Below the pieces are notes generated by a model, which saw only the letters and a program-made list of their open reading frames with translations, ran no database searches and had not been told where the DNA came from. Shown here in pieces: positions 11,759 to 21,098 of a stretch of DNA of 64,000 bases. The stretch spans positions 682,001 through 746,000 of the forward strand of contig CDRNVI010000029.1 of assembly GCA_977017575.1 (NCBI GenBank), read 5' to 3'. Position 1 is the first letter of the stretch. The number at the start of each line of letters is the position of its first letter. The stretch is from Paramoeba atlantica (lineage: Eukaryota; Protista; Discosea). The translations under genes and the position numbers were made by a program.

Positions 11759-12160
11759 ATGAGTGTCGCCGTGCCACGTAATTTTCGACTTCTTACGGAA
11801 CTTGAGAGCGGGGAAAAAGGTGGAGATGGCTATACATCATATGGGTTAAAGTCTCTTGAAGATACGATGTTGCATTATTGGTCAGGCACCATATTAGGAC
11901 CCGCAGGAACGCCTTTTGAAAATCGAATTTATTCGCTTGACATTTATTGTGACGATTCGTATCCTGATAAACCTCCCCAGATACGCTTTATTACCCCAAT
12001 TTCCCTTGCTTGTGTGGATAACAGAGGAAATGTGACGTCAAACTTCGCTTTGTTTAAAAAATGGAAGGAAGAATGGACTCTTTCGAAATGTTTATCGTCC
12101 CTCCGCTCTGAGATGCTAAGCACCAAGAACAGAAAACTAAGGCAGCCCCGGGAATCCTAG
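11759..12160 (+). CDS. UEV1: Ubiquitin-conjugating enzyme variant UEV1/MMS2
   Basis: VPRNFRLL.ELE.GEKG, SYGL, W.GTI.GP..T.FENRIYSL.I.C...YPD.PP; no catalytic Cys. Confidence 0.95.
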   Translation: MSVAVPRNFRLLTELESGEKGGDGYTSYGLKSLEDTMLHYWSGTILGPAGTPFENRIYSLDIYCDDSYPDKPPQIRFITPISLACVDNRGNVTSNFALFKKWKEEWTLSKCLSSLRSEMLSTKNRKLRQPRES

Positions 12161-12538
12161 CTCCGGTATCTCGGACAAGGAGTTGAGTCCTCTGTTATAG
12201 ACTACAATCAAATAGGCTATTCGATTTGGTCAATGTGACTCACTGTGACTTCGCTTTCCCTATTTTCTTCCACGTTTACAGTATAGTGTGTGCAGTGCTG
12301 TAGAGTAAAGTTTCCCCCAATTCATATCTTGGCCTTTCGTATGCTATGATCGACGCTTTTATTTGTGCGCCTATCTTCTAGTTTTGACAATGGCAGGATT
12401 TGAAAATCTAGGAAAATTGAGACGCAAAACAAACGAAGTATGTTGGATTTATAGTTTAGAATTTAATTTTACCATTTTTTTCAGTTTCTCAGAATGAAAT
12501 CTTTTCTGCAACCTAGGAAGAGCACGCCGTCAGCTAAC

Positions 12539-12907
12539 ATGTTGTCATTTTGTGGTACGCGGCGTCATCCTTTAATCCACACGGCACCCTCGCTGGTTAC
12601 CTGTTCGCGATCAGTTTCAACCATCTCCACAACTTGCGCAGCTCTGAGCGAAGGCTTATATCAACATTTCGTGCTAGGATGGTATCCGTTTCCTCATGCT
12701 GGAGAGCTGTTGCTATCTCCATACGGCTCTTTAGCTTGGCTCGCGTTGGGATATAACTTAAGTGTCACAGGACCGCATCACATACAATACACCGTAGATA
12801 TGTTTATCCGAGATTACATTCAAGATCCCGTACTCTGTATTGTTCTTCGCTATCTACTTATACTCTCTATGATTGCTCTGATTCTTCAGATAGTCATTGA
12901 AGTGTAA
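12539..12907 (+). CDS. SDH4: Succinate dehydrogenase membrane anchor subunit SDH4 (kinetoplastid type)
   Basis: HX10DY motif (H-IQYTVDMFIR-DY) between two hydrophobic helices; presequence-like MLSFCGTRR. Alternative ATG at 12494. Confidence 0.7.
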   Translation: MLSFCGTRRHPLIHTAPSLVTCSRSVSTISTTCAALSEGLYQHFVLGWYPFPHAGELLLSPYGSLAWLALGYNLSVTGPHHIQYTVDMFIRDYIQDPVLCIVLRYLLILSMIALILQIVIEV

Positions 12908-13291
12908 TATTGTAAACCCTGGAGTATTTAAATTTGAGGACTCATGAGTAAACAGCGTACACAAACATCAAAAACTTTTTTTATCGAACCATTTTTCCCC
13001 AAACTTTGTTTTTACGAATATCAGCGTTTTTATAACAATTGTTCAGTATGCAACACACGGATATGTAGCCACCTACTACGCTCTTTCTCATCGCAAATAA
13101 ATCTCTAATATTACTAATTCATCACACTTCCTCATCCAAAAAATGTATCCTGTGTGTTTCCTCGAAGTATAGTAGTGTCACCTTTACCCCTGCTTGTTTC
13201 AGTCCACTAGACTCTCCCCCACACCCCCACCATCCACCTCACACCTTCTTCCTCCTCCTTATCTCTCCATCTCTTTCTTTCTCCTTCCCCC

Positions 13292-14552
13292 ATGTCCACC
13301 TACGACCGTGCCCTCACCGTCTTCTCCCCCGATGGCCATCTCTTCCAAGTCGAGTACGCCCGGGAGGCCGTCCACAAAGGAGCCGCCGCACTCGGTCTCA
13401 CAACCCCATCCGCCGTAATCCTCGCCGTCGAGGTCCGAACCAACGCTTCAAGCTCGACAACTCCAAGCCCTACAAGTTCTAACGCTACAAATTCGAACGC
13501 TACAAATTCGAACACTACAACTTCAAGCTCTACAACTTCAAGCTCTACAACTTCAAGCTCTATAACTTCAAGCTCTACAAATTCAAGCTCTACAAGTTCG
13601 AGCTCTATAACTTCTAGCACTGCAACTTCCCATTCTACAAATTTGAACGCCACAACTTCAAACGCCACAACTTTAAACACTACCCCTTCAAACGCTACCC
13701 CTTCAAACGCCACAACTTCAAACGCCACCCACTCAACCTCCACAGCTTCCAGCTCCTCAACCCCCCCAACTTCGAAGTTGAACGCCTCACCTCTCACAAC
13801 TTCCCCTTCTTCTTCTTCCCCCTCTTCTTCTTCCCCTTCCTCTTCTTCCCCCTCCTCCCTATCCCTCCGCCTCCCCCGCCCCCTCCCCCCCAAGATCTCC
13901 CGGGTCAACGGCTCCACCTTCCTGGCCTTCGCCGGGCTGCTCGCCGACGCCCGCGCGCTCCTCGACCTCACCCGCCTCGAGGCCGCGACCTTCACGCTGG
14001 AGTACGGCGAGCCCCCGCCGGTGGGGCTGCTGGCACGGCGGGTCGCGGAGACCCAGCAGCGGTACACCCAGCGCGGGGGGAGACGCCCGTTCGGGGTGTC
14101 GACCCTGATCGCGGGGTGGGGGGAGGGGGAGGGGGAGGGGGGGGACAAGGGGGAAGGGGGGGATGCAACAACAACAGGGGGAAGAACCACAGGGGGTACA
14201 GCTACCCTCACCCCGCGGTTGTTTCGTACGGAACCTGCCGGGGGGGTGGGGGAGTGGCAGGCGTGTGCGATTGGTCACGGGGAGAAGGCGGTGATGGAGG
14301 TGTTGGAGGGGAGGTATCGGGGGGGGGATGACGGAGCGGGAGGGGGTGGAGCTCGCGGTGCGGGCGTTGTTGGAGGTGGTGGAGAGCTCGAGTGGGCGGA
14401 ATGTGGAGGTGCTGGTGATGGGAAAACCCGGGGAGGGGGAGGGGAAGGAGGTGGGGCGGTTTTTGGAGGCGGGGGAGTTGCAGAAGGTGGTGGAGGAGCA
14501 GGAGAGGGTGAGGGAGGCGGATAATGCGAAAAAGAAGAGGAGTATGGAGTGA
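13292..14552 (+). CDS. PSMA7: 20S proteasome alpha-4 (PSMA7/PRE6) with a large Ser/Thr insertion and an apparent frameshift at G9 14319-14327
   Basis: YDRALTVFSPDGHLFQVEYA, FAGL.ADAR and QRYTQ.GGRRPFG.S.LI. The conserved C-terminus (LAVRALLEVV...NVEV) is in the frame of ORF 14328-14552. Confidence 0.92.
13438..13860 (+). repeat. In-frame 15-bp minisatellite (AACTTCAAGCTCTAC-like) followed by a (TCTTCTTCCCC)-type tract
   Basis: Encodes TTSSS/NATTS pentapeptide repeats and SSSSP repeats between VEVRT and LSLRLPRP. Confidence 0.9.
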
Positions 14553-14824
14553 GTTCAGTTTTCTGTTGTGCGAGATCAGGCTCGGGAGAAGAATGACAGG
14601 GGGGAGGAAAGGTTGAAGCGTCCTCGGACGTAATCATTTCGTGTTTTATTTTAATTGACAATTTTGTGCAAGTACGTGATGTAGGCGCATACTCGAAAAA
14701 CTTTAGCATTGGTAGTTTGCATTGAAAGATTTTCAATTGCTGAGTTATAGAAAACTACAAATCGATTCACAAGCGCTAATCGGAAGTATATCTTTTATTA
14801 AAAGACTTTCAACACTCGCTTCAT

Positions 14825-15805
14825 ATGATAAATCATTTCTTAGAAATTTCTTTACTTTTCGATCGTGAGATGGTAGCCAATGCCGAGAAGGACGCAGCGG
14901 CGGCAACACAAGTGGCTCTCTCCCTACGACTCCTCGATTTAAGTTATCCCTACAACCACCGCCCCTACATCGCCCGTCGAGGTGTCCTCGACACCTTGAC
15001 ACGTTTCCTTGAGCAGGAGAATGTAGAGGTTCGTATAAATGCCGCCAAAACATTACTTCTGCTTAGTGAACACCCGGAGAACCCCGAGCTTATGTGTCGT
15101 GAGTCTGGACTGCTACAGGCTCTGCGCGTGGCTTACGAGTCCGTGCAAGAGGACGGTGTGAATGCTCCTGTCGGGAATCACGACAACGAAATCCAAACAG
15201 CCGAAAATAAAACCCCTGAGGTTACCCTTCTACACAGCCTCTCCCAGGTGGTTCAGAACTTGGAAAATGCGCTGGAGGCGAAATTCGAATCCGAGGAATC
15301 GCCGTATATTGAACCGTGCAGCGCTATGGTCTCAAAAAGGCCCACCGCCCGTGTGTCGCAAAGTCAACTACAAGACACACGAAAGTTAGTGCTCGACATT
15401 CCGTCGCTTATGTCCAGCAGCACAGACACTCTGGCGGATCTGCTTGAGTCCGTCCGGGGGGTCATTTCCTTTACTATGAATTTGGACTCTCATGAAGTCA
15501 CGCTGCATTTAACCACTCCGACTCCGACATTGCTACGCTTACTGGAGGATCGGGGTCACTTAGCGGTAGTCCGATCGGACTTTTTCGTGAATGCCGGTCA
15601 AGGTGACACCCGTCGGGAATCTCTTCCTTCCTATTTACCCAGCAGGGGTCACTATGGTAGTAGCGGTAGGGACATGGGGAGTGTGGTACCGTACGGGGAC
15701 CACTCTTTGGCGGCGCGAAGAAGACGGCGGCGAAGACGACGGACAAGGGAGGCCGAGGAGCACTCCGGGGGCCTTTTGCAACGAATTGCATCTGTGTTTT
15801 GGTAA
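14825..15805 (+). CDS. ARMC1: Armadillo repeat-containing protein 1-like (ARM plus HMA-like domain)
   Basis: ARM segment (L..LS..PEN...MCRE.GLL..L) followed by LVLDIPSL...LLESVRGVISFTM, an HMA-like fold typical of ARMC1. Alternative ATG at 14870. Confidence 0.75.
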   Translation: MINHFLEISLLFDREMVANAEKDAAAATQVALSLRLLDLSYPYNHRPYIARRGVLDTLTRFLEQENVEVRINAAKTLLLLSEHPENPELMCRESGLLQALRVAYESVQEDGVNAPVGNHDNEIQTAENKTPEVTLLHSLSQVVQNLENALEAKFESEESPYIEPCSAMVSKRPTARVSQSQLQDTRKLVLDIPSLMSSSTDTLADLLESVRGVISFTMNLDSHEVTLHLTTPTPTLLRLLEDRGHLAVVRSDFFVNAGQGDTRRESLPSYLPSRGHYGSSGRDMGSVVPYGDHSLAARRRRRRRRRTREAEEHSGGLLQRIASVFW

Positions 15806-16105
15806 TCAGACACAGCGACTGCGGTCAAAGAGTTAAGTAAAACGGGTATTTAGGCCCACTTTTTAGATAGTTCCTCTACGATAGCTTCATTAGATAGTTT
15901 ATTGTCCATTCCTTTTGTAAGTTACCTTTTTCTTGCAATATACGTAACATAAAGAGGTCAAAAACGTTTTCTCACATTCTTTTTATTTAAATATTTGACC
16001 TCCACACCTCTTCCTTCACCAAACGGTTTAGTCCAAACCATTTACATTTTTATCTCTCCTTTATTTCCTCCCCTAGACCTTTCTACCTCCTCCTCTCACC
16101 CTCCC

Positions 16106-17086
16106 ATGACCCCCCTCCTCCCCTATCTCCCCTCCCGGGACGCTCCCCTCCCTAACGGTCACCCCTACAAACGCCGCAAAGTTGATTCTTCCTCGACGAG
16201 CTCAACCTCTTCTTCGTCTTCTTCGTCTTCTTCGTCTTCTTCTGCTTCCCTCCCCCTCCGCGTCTACTCCCGTCGTGGTCGTCTCCGTGGCGCCCTCCTG
16301 GCCTCCGAGTACCAGCTCGCTCGATTCGTGCAGCGACTCCAAACCTCCCCGGAGATCTGGGAAAAGCGACACGGCGAGCCCTGCACCTGGCCCGGGGTGA
16401 ACTGCGACAGCGGACAGAAAGTCATCGCCGTTGATTGGTGCCATCAAACGCTTTCCGGTCCCCTCGCCTGGGGTAATCTCCCGGAAACTGTCACCGAGCT
16501 GCGTTTAGCGAGTAATCGGCTCACCGGGGAGATCCCGTGGGAGGAGCTCCCAAGGGGAATGGTCACGGTGAATCTCCATGATAATGAATTCACGGGGCCG
16601 GTGAAAACGGAGGAACTTCCCTCAACGTTGTGCTACCTGGTGTTGTACAATAACAGGTTTAGTGGGGAGTTTGCGCTGGCCTCTCTCCCCGCAGGGGTGG
16701 TTACGCTGAGTGTAGGACATAATGAGTTTCGCGGGGAGGTGGTGTTGGGAGCGCTTCCTCCCGCTTTGCAACATTTACGGCTGCATGACAACATGTTTAG
16801 CTCGGAAATCGATCTGTCGACGTTGCCTGACGCGCTTCGTACCCTGACACTGGACCATAATTTATTATGGGGTACACCGCAAATCGGAACTTTTCCACGA
16901 CGCCTTTCCCGGGTGGAGTTGCAACATAACCAATTCAGTGGAGATCTGAAGCTTCCAAACCTTTCTCCTGAGCTACGCCTGGATTTGTCTTTTAACTGCT
17001 TCGGGAATATCACGCCTACCCGAAACTCCTCGAATGTAATCGTGGGCAACCAAGAGAAGACGAGGAGTAAGATGGACTGTGCATGA
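16106..17086 (+). CDS. Leucine-rich repeat protein (Perkinsela-type)
   Basis: CTWPGVNCD...VIAVDW cap and about eight LPxxLxxLxLxxNxFxG repeats; Ser-rich N-terminus. Confidence 0.9.
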   Translation: MTPLLPYLPSRDAPLPNGHPYKRRKVDSSSTSSTSSSSSSSSSSSSASLPLRVYSRRGRLRGALLASEYQLARFVQRLQTSPEIWEKRHGEPCTWPGVNCDSGQKVIAVDWCHQTLSGPLAWGNLPETVTELRLASNRLTGEIPWEELPRGMVTVNLHDNEFTGPVKTEELPSTLCYLVLYNNRFSGEFALASLPAGVVTLSVGHNEFRGEVVLGALPPALQHLRLHDNMFSSEIDLSTLPDALRTLTLDHNLLWGTPQIGTFPRRLSRVELQHNQFSGDLKLPNLSPELRLDLSFNCFGNITPTRNSSNVIVGNQEKTRSKMDCA

Positions 17087-17492
17087 CATCACACAAGTTT
17101 ACATGGAAGATAGTGTTCACTTTGGTGTTGGTACATTCACTCCCATTTTCTTACAAAGGGAAGTTTGAGTGGGCTTCTTGAACAATAATCAATGTTTGAT
17201 GCAAAACTCTTACCATTTACAGAACACTTTTAAAAGTAAGTAGACCTCACCTATTAAAAGAGCTATCCTCAGCAATATAGCAGCTATTGTATTACATTCT
17301 ATTTTCTTGGACCTTAAAGATACGTGCGCGCTAATTTCGTAAATGATGCAGTAGAGCCAAACCACATGTTCAAAATTTTTCTTCTTATGGACTACCCTTA
17401 CGTTCTATTAGAAATCCCTCGCATTCCATCTCCAAAGCAGGCAGTTGGCAGATAAGTACCGTACTAGGAAAAAGAGAGCGAATGCATGTAAA

Positions 17493-17598
17493 ACATGTAC
17501 ATGTATGTATGTACATGTACATGTATGTATGTTTTAGGTTTACGTTTTCAACAACGTACAGGGTATCTAGCGTTTTCAACAACGTACAGGGTATATCG
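17493..17598. repeat. Two adjacent tandem duplications (20 bp x2, alternating purine/pyrimidine; 28 bp x2)
   Basis: ACATGTACATGTATGTATGT twice (17493-17532); CGTTTTCAACAACGTACAGGGTAT twice (17543 and 17571). Confidence 0.9.
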
Positions 17599-17648
17599 TT
17601 TCTTCTTGCTTTATTTACTTTGCTATTCTGCCAATACTTCACTGACCT

Positions 17649-19484
17649 ATGCACACGACTAAAACTTTCTCGTCCTCCGAGGAACTTGTTGGAAGCGAAT
17701 TACGTATTCAAGAAGAACACACACTATCAAACGTAAACCCTTGGCAGGCGTGCCGTTCACGTGGAATCAAATGGGAAATCTCGAAAGCTCACAATTTCAT
17801 TATATGGGATTCCACTTGCAGTCTTCGTGAAAAAATATGCTGGCATTCTTTTTCAAAACCTGAGAACTCGTGTGACATTGTGAACTCCAGAACAGCGGTG
17901 AAACCTAGGATCCAAGGCGTTGCTTTAACACGTACACGCTACCTTCCAGATTATTTTTTGAGATTAGTGCGTCATGACTTAACTTCTCATCCCGCTCACG
18001 GGCAACATGGTTTAGTTGCCAAGCGACGCATCCCAGAAGGTACGCTATTAATGCCCTACGCTGGCATTGCGCAGCGTGCGGTTCGTGAGATCACTTCTCA
18101 ACGATTTACTATAAATTTAGGATACGAGCACAGTGGTGCAGAAATCGATGCCGAATGGTTAGGAAACATTGCACGATTTGCGAACGATCCCCGAGGCACT
18201 TCTTTAGGTTCCAACGTGATGGCATGCCAACAATTTTCTATTGCCGGTGAACTATTTACTGGAATTGTTAGCACTCGCGTAATAAATGAGGGAGAAGAAA
18301 TTCTTCTCTCTTACGGCAATAAATTTCAGCTTGATCCAATGCCTTTCTTGGCTCCAGGCGGTTATGTCCTAGCGAAAAAGCGTAAACGACTTCCTTTGCA
18401 TCTGAGTCTCTGTCTTCCTCGGATGAACGTGCGTTGGATTTGTCCTCACTGTGGAGAAGACTCAACGCCACTCACAAGGAATTGTGCATCCTGTGGTGCT
18501 CTGTACGTCGAAGGTTGTCGCTTGCGGGCTGAACCCGCTGCAAAGTCATTGAGCACGAATACGACTAGCGTAGATCGCTTTTGGAGGCATCCTAACACCG
18601 TGGAAGGCAATTTTTTTACAAGTCAAACTTCTCTTGTCCGCGAAGAAAATTGCTCGCAGAAAGAGAATTTAGATACTGCAACAGTACGCCACTGGATGTC
18701 TTATTTGAGTTGGATTTTCGCCAAAAATACTGTCCCAAGCAAAGAGAAAACACAGGAAAAATCAACTTACATAGAAGATTCAAAACCTGTCAATGGATTT
18801 CACTCGCTTGCGGCAACGCCCACATCGACATGGACCCCTGTTCCCTGGCCCATTGATTTCCCGTTTAGTTTTTGGCAGCTTTGGCATCCTATGGAGCCGA
18901 TTGATAAAATCATAGCTCTCTCTGCTCCATTTCGTCCTCAGGCAGCGGTACGTGTGCAGGAGATTCTGGGAACGGATTTCAACAAAGGTCGCGTTCGTGT
19001 ACTCACCTCCGAGCACCGTGTGGAGGTAGACACGATGGTTTGCTTTTGTGGAGGCGTCGTCCTCAAAAGCGGAGATTGTCGAATTCAAAAGTGTGACATT
19101 CCGCTATGGTTTCGTGCAGAGTGTTCGTCGTATACATCGTGGTTGTGTATGATTCCGAACAATGAAACACAGTTCCTTGTCCTTGCTGAGACTAGAACGT
19201 TGGAAAAAGAAAGTCGGGGAACGGTAGACCTGTGGGCCCGCTGCTTTGATAGCAGTAGTGAAGGTCGCACGCCGAGCATCCGTCCTTCGCAAAAGAAAGT
19301 TTCTAATCCTTCGTCGTCCAATCGGGTTGTAAAAAGCGTTTGTTCAGCAGATGCTCATGCAGTAGCCAACGTAAAAGTTGAATTTCGAAGAGATAACATA
19401 GGGTGTTCATACTTAGGTCTCATAGCAACACGGACTATACATCCGGGCGAAATATTGGTGCTTACCAATGAACCATACAGGTAG
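17649..19484 (+). CDS. SET-domain protein with a RanBP2-like zinc finger and a second, C-terminal SET-like segment
   Basis: GLVAKRRIPEGT, GNIARFANDP, R.I..GEEILLSYG; WICPHC..DS......CASCG; C-terminal GLIATRTIHPGEIL. Confidence 0.85.
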   Translation: MHTTKTFSSSEELVGSELRIQEEHTLSNVNPWQACRSRGIKWEISKAHNFIIWDSTCSLREKICWHSFSKPENSCDIVNSRTAVKPRIQGVALTRTRYLPDYFLRLVRHDLTSHPAHGQHGLVAKRRIPEGTLLMPYAGIAQRAVREITSQRFTINLGYEHSGAEIDAEWLGNIARFANDPRGTSLGSNVMACQQFSIAGELFTGIVSTRVINEGEEILLSYGNKFQLDPMPFLAPGGYVLAKKRKRLPLHLSLCLPRMNVRWICPHCGEDSTPLTRNCASCGALYVEGCRLRAEPAAKSLSTNTTSVDRFWRHPNTVEGNFFTSQTSLVREENCSQKENLDTATVRHWMSYLSWIFAKNTVPSKEKTQEKSTYIEDSKPVNGFHSLAATPTSTWTPVPWPIDFPFSFWQLWHPMEPIDKIIALSAPFRPQAAVRVQEILGTDFNKGRVRVLTSEHRVEVDTMVCFCGGVVLKSGDCRIQKCDIPLWFRAECSSYTSWLCMIPNNETQFLVLAETRTLEKESRGTVDLWARCFDSSSEGRTPSIRPSQKKVSNPSSSNRVVKSVCSADAHAVANVKVEFRRDNIGCSYLGLIATRTIHPGEILVLTNEPYR

Positions 19485-19785
19485 TCATTTGAACTGGTGG
19501 CTGGACAGCATATCTTGGAGTAGTACCGAAATATTTTTGATGCCCTATTACCCCTCCGACAATACTCATCGTTTCCTCCGTTCAATATTTGTTTATTTAA
19601 AGGTCCTACGAGACCAGTTTCATACATCAAATATTCTTTGAGTGCGTTCATGAATCCATCGTTTTTACCATTCTTCATTTTTTAGGTTGTACGCTCTCAA
19701 GAATGTTTTTTGTTTCCCATAATACTTATCACCATGAAAGTTTCAGCTGCTCAGAATCTCATATTGTAGCTACTATCATACTACT

Positions 19786-20871
19786 ATGGATATTGTTCTG
19801 ACGCATGTGAATGCGAACCATCCTTTGGCAACTTTTTTTGAGTTAGTTGCGCAGGAGAGACTGATGCTCACACTTCTTTCCGCTTTTAGGCATTTATTTT
19901 CAAACTTGGGCGAAGTATCCTCGTTATGGTTACCGCTGGTACCTTATTCGGAGACTATTTTTATTTCCTTGTGGGCTTTAATAGAGTATCAGTTCTTGCG
20001 ACTGTACGATGCGACATTCGCAGAAAACTTTTTCGGATTGCGCAGAGCACTTGTGCTGAAAGAAGGAAGGAAATCTACCTCTGCCGCCAGTAATCAAGCT
20101 CCTCAGCACAAACCTGATGTCCTCGTAGACGAAATTGGACAACGTATACAGGATGATCCCCCCATCGAGATTGAGTTGTCTCGGGAACCTCTATCCAGAG
20201 TCAGGCGTTTTTCTTCGCTTCTTTTTACTGTACTTATTCCCTACCTTCGATCACGTATTGAACACCATGTCCGTATACTTCAAGAATCAGAGCAAGACAC
20301 AGAAAGACGTCCATTAAGCTTTCAAGATCGCATACTACTTCGACTTTATCCGTATGTTCATGCTACATGGGAATTTTTCACTCTACTGGACTACGCACTG
20401 TACGTGCTTAACCGTTCTTGCTTTTTTTCGTTCCTCCTGCGTATTCAGCGACTCGCCCTGGTCCGGCTAAAGGCATCGGAGTACCGCCTGCACTCAAAGC
20501 GACCCTTTGGTGGCAATTTACGTTTCTTACTTATTATCCTCGTGCTAACCTACAAAGCGTTGGATTGGTGGCATCATAGTGAGCGCGACGAAATCTCCGC
20601 GCATGATCAAATGGAAGGGGATAGTAAATCCGGATATCATTCTAAAATACCACCGCCTCCCACGTTGCAACCAACGTGTGATTTGGGAAACCCTTCCGCA
20701 TGTCCAATATGCCGCAAAAAGATTACAAACTCAACACTAAATGTTGCGAGTGGATACGTGTTTTGTTACCCTTGTATCAGACAACACGTGGAAGACGAGG
20801 GAAAGTGTCCCGTCACTGGGGTTCGAACAATTCCTGAGCAATTGCGCAGACTGTACGAACATGCAGGATGA
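19786..20871 (+). CDS. PEX12: Peroxin-12 RING peroxin (peroxisome/glycosome import)
   Basis: N-terminal FFEL.AQE.L, F.ENFFGLRR, WWH...IPPPP and C-terminal CPIC...N......SGYVFCY.CI...V....CPVT. Confidence 0.93.
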   Translation: MDIVLTHVNANHPLATFFELVAQERLMLTLLSAFRHLFSNLGEVSSLWLPLVPYSETIFISLWALIEYQFLRLYDATFAENFFGLRRALVLKEGRKSTSAASNQAPQHKPDVLVDEIGQRIQDDPPIEIELSREPLSRVRRFSSLLFTVLIPYLRSRIEHHVRILQESEQDTERRPLSFQDRILLRLYPYVHATWEFFTLLDYALYVLNRSCFFSFLLRIQRLALVRLKASEYRLHSKRPFGGNLRFLLIILVLTYKALDWWHHSERDEISAHDQMEGDSKSGYHSKIPPPPTLQPTCDLGNPSACPICRKKITNSTLNVASGYVFCYPCIRQHVEDEGKCPVTGVRTIPEQLRRLYEHAG

Positions 20872-21098
20872 GCTTGCCCTTTAAGGAAGCGTATCCTAGA
20901 AACATCTAATCTTAAACTTTCCTACAGTAAAACCACCTGAACATTGAATACATATACATTTGTATTCAATAAAAATATTTTTTTATAATCATTTTTGTAT
21001 AAAATGTAAAAACGGTATTTGCAAACTTTGAGTCAAAGTCTTTGACATCTGTTCTATATGAGTCCTTAGGCTGTATTTCTCATTCCCCCATCCCACCC

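Noticed and set aside
13432-13894. GT...polypyrimidine...AG cis-intron removing the PSMA7 insertion
   Set aside because: Splicing there would also delete the LSLRLPRPLPPK segment that aligns with the conserved KLQDxRTVRK loop, and no other gene here has an intron. An in-frame insertion is more parsimonious, though RNA data should confirm.
9759-14736. Long Pro-rich or Gly-rich overlapping ORFs (e.g. 9759-10538, 9883-10920, 10319-11218, 13300-14211)
   Set aside because: They are shadow frames caused by stop-codon scarcity in the GC-skew islands and overlap clearly conserved genes.
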